Positions 17,425-27,100 of a stretch of DNA of 34,475 nucleotides are shown piece after piece. Position 1 is the stretch's first letter. Each line of letters starts with the position of its first letter. The DNA lies in the IMG/VR virus record IMGVR_UViG_3300030231_000538, positions 1 to 34,475 of that record, one strand, 5' to 3'. The position numbers and the translations under genes are program-made. This DNA is from a virus (Duplodnaviria; Caudoviricetes). The notes beneath the pieces were generated by a model, which was not told the origin of the DNA, made no database searches, and was given only the letters and a program-made list of their open reading frames with translations.

Positions 17425-20400
17425 GTATAATCTAATGATAATCTTTCAGATCTAACAACTTGAGGAGCAGTTGCGATACCTGTAAGACCATTTAATGTGT
17501 TGCATGTGAACGCAGCACCCACTGCAGAAGCAGTTAGTTTACAGAAACTATAGTTACCGTAGAACTGACCTACACCTGAACTCAAACCTGTAAAGTTTAG
17601 TCCATGTCCAGATTCAATGTTGCAAGTAACCCTCATGGTTTGTCCAGATCCAACAGCAGCAGGTGTTGCTGCAACTTGGTATACACCATCTAGGAATTGA
17701 GTTGCAACTCCAACAATAGCAGAAGCACCAGAATTTTTTGCAGTTACTCCAGCACCAACATTAGAACCAGAGACAATAAAGTAATCACCACTAGCAATTG
17801 CTGTTGATGTTTTTCCACCGTATTGATTATCTCTATACGGAGAATTCAAAGGTAAAGTAAACTCAAAAGTAACTTTTGTATTTTGAGTACCAACACCTGA
17901 AATGATACCATCATCACCAACAAAACTTACACCCGTTGCATCAAACAAAGGATAACTAAATCCTGTTGATCCAAAACCAGTGTTGTTCTTATCAGTGTCA
18001 ATAATCCTAACTGAACTATTAGTTGAGTCAGGTTCCTCAGAATATAAGAAACTAGCAACACCAGTATCAACATATAATACTGTATCATTCTTGGCAATAT
18101 TTTTTATGATACGACCAGCAGGGAATATGTTACTAATTAATGAATCTCTTGATTTACTAACTTTTACACCATCTACAAATGTATCATTTCTTTGTTTGCA
18201 CCACGATAATGGTCTCAAAGGTGTTCTAGCTGAACTAATACCTGGTCCTTTATAAAGCGTTGTTTGTATTTGGTCTCTTGTTATAAGATCTCTTACAACT
18301 CTTACAAGTTGTTTTTGAATTGTAACTTTATCACCAGTCTTCAATGATGGAGTAGCAACTAATGTTCCAACATCACTATCTGTTCCTCTATAGAATAATA
18401 TCTGAAGAGATGATCCTTGCTTAGGTGGTTCTAAAAACTCTATCTGTGTACCGCCATTGTAGACATATGCTGTACCAGGTTTTTGTAGAACATCATCAAT
18501 AAAAATAAGCAAACTATTTTGTATGATGATAGGATTACCAATATCCTTTTCAAAACTTACTGCTTTAGTATCTTCCCTAAGAGTGAATACAGTTCTATTA
18601 CCATTGAATTCATTTGAAAAATCATCTAGTATTTGTAACTTACCAAATACCCAACCAGCAAACTCGTCATCATTTGTAAACTTAACTCTAAATGAAGTTT
18701 CTAAGAATGCTGCTCCTGCAAACTTGTATTCATATCTTTCATTTACTGGAGGTAACCCTACATTTATACTTACAGTAGTGGTTCCTATACCAGTAATAAC
18801 AGTGCTTATACCAGAAACAGGATCTGTTAGTCTTGGATACTTGTGAACTGTATTGTAAGTATCTTTTCCGCACGTAAATCCAATACATTCATTTTTTAGA
18901 CTTACACCCATACCAACTGTCAATGTATGAATACCAATTGCAACAGTTAGTATTCCAACATTTGAATTGTACTGTGCATGTTGTATCTTATATTCATCTC
19001 CACTCAATACATCTATAAAACCTTTTTCTATCAAAGTAGGATCTGTATTAATTCCAGATGAAACCGTTAGTAACTCACCTTGACTATAACCATAACCAAC
19101 ATTTGATAATGTAAATCCTGACATCTGAGTCAGTAAATTTGTATCAAGTGAAACGGAAGCACCAATTCCAGTAAGAGAACTTATTAGTGCAATATCATCA
19201 TATCCAATGGGAGAATCAAACTCAACCTCAGTTGGTTTATTGATAACACCACCACTACTATAAGTTGTAGCAACTGTATGCACACCTACATTTACAGAGA
19301 ATTTTCTAACACTAGGAGTAATCTCAACAACTCTTGCTCCTTGATATCCAACTTCATCTGGGAACGGGAATGAATATGTTGAGCTACCATCAGTCATAGT
19401 AATGCCACTCAATACAACTCTATCTCCAACTGCTAAGTTGTGATTAGCAGATGTTGTTACAGTCATAATACCTGAGTTTATATTATGAATTGCATTTGAT
19501 ACTGACTTATGGTAGTATCCAGAACCAGGTTCAGTTATATCGATTGTTTTTATATGTCCAACCTCAGTTATAAATGTACCAGCAGCACCTGTAGTTGCAC
19601 CACCACCTAAGACTTTAAACTTATAGGTAGTCTCATTATTATTTCTATAACCACTACCAGTAAATCCAAAACCAATGCTAGAAACAGTTCCTGCTGCAGA
19701 TACTACAGCACTACCAACACCAACAACTCTTGGTTGATAACCATAACCTTTCTCCCATTCATCTATACGTGTAATGATACCTTTTCTAGGTAAATTATTA
19801 GAGTTTACATCCGATGTACTATAACTTTCGGTTTGCGTTGTTGACTCATTTCCAGTAAATGTTATTGTTGTTATTCCTGTTGCAGCAGTTCCATCTAATC
19901 TATAATCAGTTGTTGGTCTCTGGAAGACGTTATTTATTAGTATTGCACCAAAATCAGTAGTAATACCAGTGGTATTGACACCTGAACTTTTTAGTATAAA
20001 TGTTTTTCCTATACCCGTAAATGAATCTGCTATATCATCCAATATGATATTTTCTTGATAATCAGATCTTGTAAATACTCTACCTTGAAATGTACTACCT
20101 TCTTGAGAATCTGTCAGCACTAAAGTGTGTGTTCCTATACCAGAACTTGTGAGTGTTATAGCATTACCCAATAATGCATCACCTCTATTATCAGCAAATG
20201 AGAAGTTATTAGCAGCATTTTTTATTATAAAATATTCTTTATTTTCTTCTAATGGTGTTGGTGGGTCAAGTGTTCTGAGTTTTACTTTTGTACCAGGTTC
20301 AAATGAGTCTGTAAGAGCAGTAAATGAGTTTGTTAATGTGCTTACTTTATCTGATGATACACCAACAGTTTCTTTATTACCACCAAAAGGAACATCAGAA

Positions 20401-21125
20401 AAATGAATTTTATCACCTATAATATTATAATCTCCTCGAAGTAATTCAATAGTATCTCCAACTTGGTGTGCATTCTGACTTGTACCTAAAAATTCACGAT
20501 CAACCAATACATTTAGTGGGTCACCATTAAATCCAATAATTTGGATTCTCATGATTTCATCATTAATTCTTATCAAATCATACTTATCAAAATTACCTAC
20601 ATCTGCAAAACCAATCTGTTTTCCTGTAACTACGTTAGTGCAAGTAGTTGCTGTGTTTGTTGATTTATATACAGGTGACTGTATTACGTTATCAACTTGT
20701 ATAATACATTTTGTTAGTTCTTTTTCTGAAACAAACCTATGAGTCGATCCAATACCAACTGTTGTTAATCCAATAGGTAAATTAGAAGCTGCATTTGCTT
20801 CTGTTGCTGCTACCTTGAATTTATTTTCTCCAACCTCAATACAAAATACCTTTAGTGGCATAGTGGTTGCTGCACCAACACCATTTACACCATGCTGTAT
20901 ACCTACAGAAGATCCACTTGTAGCATCGTAAAATAAAGGTTCACCTGTTCTAAAAAAATGATTATTGATTACAAAAGTATCATCTTCTAAATTAACAATT
21001 GAAGTATCAGCAGAATCAAATTCCTTAACAAAGATTGGATCACCTCTATGAGTCAAGTTGAATGACTTCTTGAAGGTTTCCGTTGCTTTATTGAATCCTT
21101 TATTTACAGATGCTAACTGAAACAT
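17421..21125 (-). CDS. Large baseplate structural protein, probably the C-terminal part of a cyanophage gp7-like wedge initiator (1234 aa)
   Basis: Lies between the gp7-like ORF and gp8. Contains repeated LDD....F.G....F.L / LI.I..V.Q.P modules and H.F..G...Y modules of the same type as the upstream ORF. Confidence 0.75.
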   Translation of the reverse strand: MFQLASVNKGFNKATETFKKSFNLTHRGDPIFVKEFDSADTSIVNLEDDTFVINNHFFRTGEPLFYDATSGSSVGIQHGVNGVGAATTMPLKVFCIEVGENKFKVAATEANAASNLPIGLTTVGIGSTHRFVSEKELTKCIIQVDNVIQSPVYKSTNTATTCTNVVTGKQIGFADVGNFDKYDLIRINDEIMRIQIIGFNGDPLNVLVDREFLGTSQNAHQVGDTIELLRGDYNIIGDKIHFSDVPFGGNKETVGVSSDKVSTLTNSFTALTDSFEPGTKVKLRTLDPPTPLEENKEYFIIKNAANNFSFADNRGDALLGNAITLTSSGIGTHTLVLTDSQEGSTFQGRVFTRSDYQENIILDDIADSFTGIGKTFILKSSGVNTTGITTDFGAILINNVFQRPTTDYRLDGTAATGITTITFTGNESTTQTESYSTSDVNSNNLPRKGIITRIDEWEKGYGYQPRVVGVGSAVVSAAGTVSSIGFGFTGSGYRNNNETTYKFKVLGGGATTGAAGTFITEVGHIKTIDITEPGSGYYHKSVSNAIHNINSGIMTVTTSANHNLAVGDRVVLSGITMTDGSSTYSFPFPDEVGYQGARVVEITPSVRKFSVNVGVHTVATTYSSGGVINKPTEVEFDSPIGYDDIALISSLTGIGASVSLDTNLLTQMSGFTLSNVGYGYSQGELLTVSSGINTDPTLIEKGFIDVLSGDEYKIQHAQYNSNVGILTVAIGIHTLTVGMGVSLKNECIGFTCGKDTYNTVHKYPRLTDPVSGISTVITGIGTTTVSINVGLPPVNERYEYKFAGAAFLETSFRVKFTNDDEFAGWVFGKLQILDDFSNEFNGNRTVFTLREDTKAVSFEKDIGNPIIIQNSLLIFIDDVLQKPGTAYVYNGGTQIEFLEPPKQGSSLQILFYRGTDSDVGTLVATPSLKTGDKVTIQKQLVRVVRDLITRDQIQTTLYKGPGISSARTPLRPLSWCKQRNDTFVDGVKVSKSRDSLISNIFPAGRIIKNIAKNDTVLYVDTGVASFLYSEEPDSTNSSVRIIDTDKNNTGFGSTGFSYPLFDATGVSFVGDDGIISGVGTQNTKVTFEFTLPLNSPYRDNQYGGKTSTAIASGDYFIVSGSNVGAGVTAKNSGASAIVGVATQFLDGVYQVAATPAAVGSGQTMRVTCNIESGHGLNFTGLSSGVGQFYGNYSFCKLTASAVGAAFTCNTLNGLTGIATAPQVVRSERLSLDYT

Positions 21126-21139
21126 TATTGTTTTTTAGG

Positions 21140-21146
21140 TATTTAG
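21140..21146 (-). promoter_or_regulatory. Late promoter CTAAATA between the two gp7-like ORFs
   Basis: TTC TAA ATA: the motif uses the stop codon of 21143-29371 and lies about 14 nt before ATG 21125. Confidence 0.65.
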
Positions 21147-24100
21147 AACCCAACCGAGAGGTCGCTAGAAAGATCATCAGGTTTATCTATTCTCAATTCC
21201 ACCACTCTAACATTATATGCTTTGTTTGGTGCAGGAGTAAACTTCAATTCTGTGGCAGTTCCAGATGCAACAACTTCTGTTGCACGTATATCTCTAACAG
21301 CACCTGGTACACTTGTATCTGCACCGATGGTGGATATTCCTGAAGCAGTTGATAGGTTGTTGAATTTTACAAAGTTTATATTACCTTCATAACTATTTGC
21401 CACAACGTTGTATGAAGAATAAGCATTATCAGTGGTATTTTCAACCTCAATAGTATATCTGATTGAAGTATAATTAGAAGATGAGAAACCTGCTATGACA
21501 GTAGATGTAGGAGAACCAGCAGATGCTATTGTTGTTCTACGTGAGTTTAACTCAGTATCACCAATTCTATACTGGGTTGTTGTAAATCCACTACTTGCAA
21601 CTGTAGTAGCAACACCAACAACGGTTGACATTGTTGCTACTGTAACAGCAGTATTTGCAGGAGGAGTAAATTCTAATCTAATAACACCGCTTGCCTGATT
21701 GATTACAAAAGAACCCATATCAGTTCCAGCATCCATCAAACCAAAGTTACTATAACTACAGTCATTTGTTCCAGAAGCCAAGAATGAAAATTCATCAATT
21801 TCTTTCTCAGTTGCTGTCCCTGCAGCAACTATGATACTACCTGATCTAAACTTACTTCCATCAAATTCGTAAATTGTATTTACTGCAGGTGATCCAGAAG
21901 AAGCAATAGCAGATGTCATTCCAACTTTCTGAAGCATTCCCACTGCAGTAGTTCCTACTCCAACAGCAGAACCAAGAACTTCTTTGTGGAATGTTATATC
22001 ATATTCGTAAGTTGTATTTTCAGGAGTAAATGATACACTACAAATACTTCCAGATGCATTAGCAGTAAATTCACCAAGATCAAATGAATCAGATAACTCT
22101 GAATAAGTATTCAAGAATGCCACTGATCCATCATGAGATACAATGAACTCTGTATATTGAGTAGCATTGAATGAAATTCCCAATGAAGTATCAAGAACAA
22201 CTTGAGCATAATATTTTATAGCAGACACACTAGTCATATCAAAACGATCTAATTCAATAGATCTGAATATATCAGCATCAGAATAGAACTGTGTTGATAT
22301 ATCATCTATATCCAAAACTCTATTTCCCTTACATGCAATTGCTTCTCCAAACCTCTTAGAGTTGAAATTGATTTCACTACTACTAGTTGCATCAGAGTTT
22401 GTATTTTCTGAAACTAAATCAAATTGATCTCTACAATCTAAATCGACTTCAGCATCCAGAAGCATTACACCACCAGCCTGTGAACTGAGTCCAACCACAC
22501 TTGAACCAGCACCTGTTGCTATTGATGGAATCAATAGATCTGAATGTTTTTTAAATCCTGTTATGTGTGCTAATGAATCAACTGGTTCACTCCAACTACT
22601 AATGCCAACCTGACTCTTCAATGAATAAGAAAAATTTTGATAGTAGTCGTTATCTTGAATTCTTTGATAGAAATCAGAAAGTTTTCCACTATCATCTTCC
22701 CATCCAAATCTCTTTGGAATTGAACTATCAATATCAAAATGTCCTTTGAAAGATTGCAATGATTCTATAGTTCCACTCGCACGAGATAATTCACCAGTCA
22801 ATTTATCACCAGTGCTGAATCCAACAAGATTATCAACTCTCAACATATTTCTAGTTTTACCATCACCAGATATAATTCTTGCCTGAGCACCTAATGGAGT
22901 AAACACTCTTTCGTTATTATTGAAAACTCCTTCGGATAAATTTAGTTTAAATTTAGCAATGTCTTTCTCATTAGAAACTGTTCCAAATTTTTCAAAGTCA
23001 TGGAAACCAGGATCATTGTTTACTGCATATGTAATTGTTGCTTGATCTACTAATCCAAATGCAGTGGTTACACCCGTAAGAGTAAAGAATTCAAAATCAT
23101 GGTTTGCTGAATTGTATCCTAATCCTGAACTTACTCCTATGTTTTCTACAAATACTCTATCGCCAATTTGGAATGGCATTGGTAATGAAGTTGTAAATCC
23201 ACCACTAGGAGTTTGTAATCTAAGCGTTACATTGGGATCAGAATAAGTAGCAGTGATAATTCCTACACCGTTTGTATTATCTACAGCAATTAGTTCATTA
23301 TCAGAACTACTCAAGTTACCACCACCATTTACTATGGTGACCTTACCTACACCAGCACCATTCAATTCTGCAAGGAATTCTGTTTCTCCAGATATAATAT
23401 TTTTCTTTCTATTATATACAACAAAATTAGGAGGAGTAAGATACTTAGATCCTACAGAAGTTATTCCTACACTAGTTACACTAAAGTTATCTTTCAAACT
23501 TATTACTTGACCAACTTCAGCTTCTGGTCTCAAAGTTGTATCTGATGGATAATCATATCCAAAATCTATAATTTCAACATTTTCTAATCTACCTATATTG
23601 TCTGCAACTGCTTTCAAAGAAGCTCCAGTTCCTGTTGTAGAAGCAATAGAAACTTCAGGAAGATCTTCATACCCAATACCACCAGAAGTTAGTATTACAT
23701 TCTCAACGCCACCTCTATGTGTCGCAGAATTTGTTACTGTTTTTATTGTAGAAGAAGTTGAGTATCCTGTTTTTTCAGGTGTATCTACAATATTAAAATT
23801 GTATGTGCTACTACTAGTAGTTGTAATAGAATGATTGCCTGTAAATTTACTAGGATTGACAATTATTTTTGAATAATTATCAATATCTTTATCAATCTCA
23901 ATTACTTTTGCATTAGCACCTGTTCCAACAGGAACGAACTGATAATATAGAATATTAGGAACTTCAGGTGTAAATCTTATAGAAGTCATACCACCAACGT
24001 TACCAGGTATAGACTGTTCTGTTACTTCAATCGTAGAAACACCAGATCCTACAAAAGGTTTCTTATAATTTTTATCTAAGAAGAATTTCATCTTAGTATC

Positions 24101-27100
24101 TAACATGGATCCATCATCCGTGTTGACAACTAATGTGTCACCAACAGTCAAACTCAATGGTGGATTAGATGATGATCCTATACTTACAAATCTTGTACCT
24201 GAATCATAAGTTGCAGTCACAGTACTCCTAGCAGCAGAGACTAATGTCATCTCTAAACTATTATTAGGTCTCATACTATGAACACCCACTGTTGTTGCCT
24301 GAACATCAATTATTCTAAGTGTTCCTGTAATAGTGTTTCTAGTTGTAGTAAAGTTATGAGTATTTCCAACACCAGTAGTGGTATCAAACATAACTCTATC
24401 CAAATCAGAACCAATACCTGTTCTAGTAGTTACAATACCAATTAGATTATTATCTAAAACTTGAACAAAAACTTCAGGAGGAAGAGGTCGTTTGAATGAA
24501 GTATTCACCCTCTTCATTGCATCTGTTTGATATGTAAGAGAAGTACCTGCACCAGGATTATAATTTAATTTTTCACCGTGATTGAAATTATTATTAGATA
24601 TGAATATAGTTCTAGTTGGTATAAACCTATCAACACTATTGATTGATATTGTTACTCCAATACCAACACCAAATGTCAATCCTACTCCAACAACGCTAGT
24701 AGCATCAAAGAATTTAGAGAAGTCTTCCTCTGTAGAATCAGAGAATTTTTTAGGTGTCGGATAAGTAAACTTCCTTTCCATTCTTTCTATGGGTGTTCCA
24801 TAGGTATGTGCAGCAGCTACCGTACCATTTTGTGCTCGGAATAATTTGTACTGATTGAAGAATGAATCATAACCAAATACTTTTAGTTGCTCATTATCAA
24901 TCTTAATAATATCGTTTACTGTAAATTTAGTTTCACCAAATCCATCACTAAAAGAAACTTGTGTTGTCAATCCTATGGACAACATTGCTTCTGTTAAACT
25001 AGAACGAACAGACTCAACCTTTATTCTTGGCGTACCTTCAAATGCAGAATGAGTTATTGTTGATATACCAAGCACTCTGGCATAGGTATTATTTGTCAAC
25101 TCATGAGGAAGAGTCGTAATTCCTGTAATTATATTATTTGAGCTTGAAAATATAACGTCTTCAAAATCAGTTATAGTTGAAGTGATAGTAGATAATGTTG
25201 GACCTGTTACCTTAGTAACTTTTCCTATAGCACCAAAACCTTTAGTATTTTTATTATCAAATGATAATTTATCATTTACATTAAATTCTCTACCAGAATC
25301 TATAACTTCAACTTTATCTAATGAATCAGACTTTATAGAAAGTATTTTTGAATTTATAGTTGTATTTTTATTTGAATTAGTAACAAATTGATATTCGTTT
25401 ATATTATGAGGATCAGTATTTCTAATTAGATTTAATTTGTTTATGTCTATATCCTGTACTGAATCATTTGATATGTTAAATTCAACAGGAATAGAGTTAT
25501 AAGTATCACCCACAACATAAGGGAATACTGGTCTTCTTGCGTTATCAAAAGGATCAAGTGGGTTTAGAGTGTTACTGTTCTCAACAGTAGTGTAGTATGC
25601 ATAAATTCCATTTGGAAAATCTGGAGTAACTGCAAATCTACCATTGTGCTCATCAAGATCACCATAACCTTCTACAAAAGTAAAGTCTTCAACAAAGAAT
25701 CCTGATGGATACTTACTTAGAGGAGGTCCGTCTACTCTATCTACACCAGAAAATAGAGAATAACTAGATTCTATATTTTTTAGTTGTCCACCAACAATTG
25801 CAGTAGGTCCGTAAATAGGATGTCCATCATATGCCCAACCTAATATTGGAGAATGATCAGATCCATCATCACTCAAGTATGATCTTATATTTCTCGGAAC
25901 ATAATAATTGACATATGGATTACCTAGTTTAGAATCTCTTTCCACTTCAAGGAAACCATCATCATTTTTTACATCACCATATTTTGCTAATCTTTCGACT
26001 TGATTCACTGTCCATTCTTTTACATTTCCAAAGAAAATAGCACCAGAACCAGGTGTCAATGCTTTTACTCTAGTTTGTCCTTGGGTATAATTCATACCCT
26101 TTGTTATCATATCAATGCGAACAATAGAACCATTTTCTATAACTGCTTTTGCTTTTGCACCAACACCATCTCCAGTTATGATAATATCAGGTGTGCTAAA
26201 GAATTGTTCTCCACCACTCAATATGATAATTTGATCAACTCTACCATTTAGCACAAATGCTTGTAAGAAAGAATTCTTACCTTCTACTATTCTAATATCA
26301 GGTTTGAAATTATCGTTTATAACAGTAGAACCAAAATCAGTACCAGGATTCTCAATATGAAGACCAATAACCTTTCCTCTTGCTATTGGTGTCCCAACTG
26401 CATTTGCAGTGCTTATACCTTGTCTACCGCTAATTGTTACCTCTATAGGAGGATCTTGGAATGTATGTGTTCCAGATCCCATGCTGGTCAATTCTACAAC
26501 ATCACTCAAATCTTTCTTTGAAGAAAGTCTAAAAGTGTTTGAATCTATTTTTATTGCAAAATAATCCGACCCACTAGTCAGACCACCGATATTATTATCT
26601 GCATTATACCTAACAATATCTCCAGACAAGAAATTATGATCAGTTATAGTAAAAGTACTAGTGAATGTATTGATTCCAGTAATACCTGATGTTGTATTTT
26701 GTCTATTTTTGAATACACCAGTATTATCTAATACAATCTTATCAATTTTTCTTCTTCTATTAGTAGTTGAGAATCTATGAACACCACCACCATTAGAGAG
26801 TAAATCTATTGTTCCTATACCTGCTAATGCACCATCTCGTGTTTCTGAGATATGCATTTCAAAATCATTTATCTTAGCAACAAAATATGGTGATTGATTG
26901 ATTAGATTACCAGGCGTAGTTCCTATACCAATTGGAGATGTGCCTGAAGTAAAATAAATGATTTCCTCACCATGCTTGAATCCATGAGGTTCAGGAAAAA
27001 CAAACCTATCTGTAGATGTGTTTACAATTGATCCTTGTGTTGTACTATCAAACTCAACTTCTTGAGCCACAATCTTCATTTGAGCCTTAGCGATAGCAGA

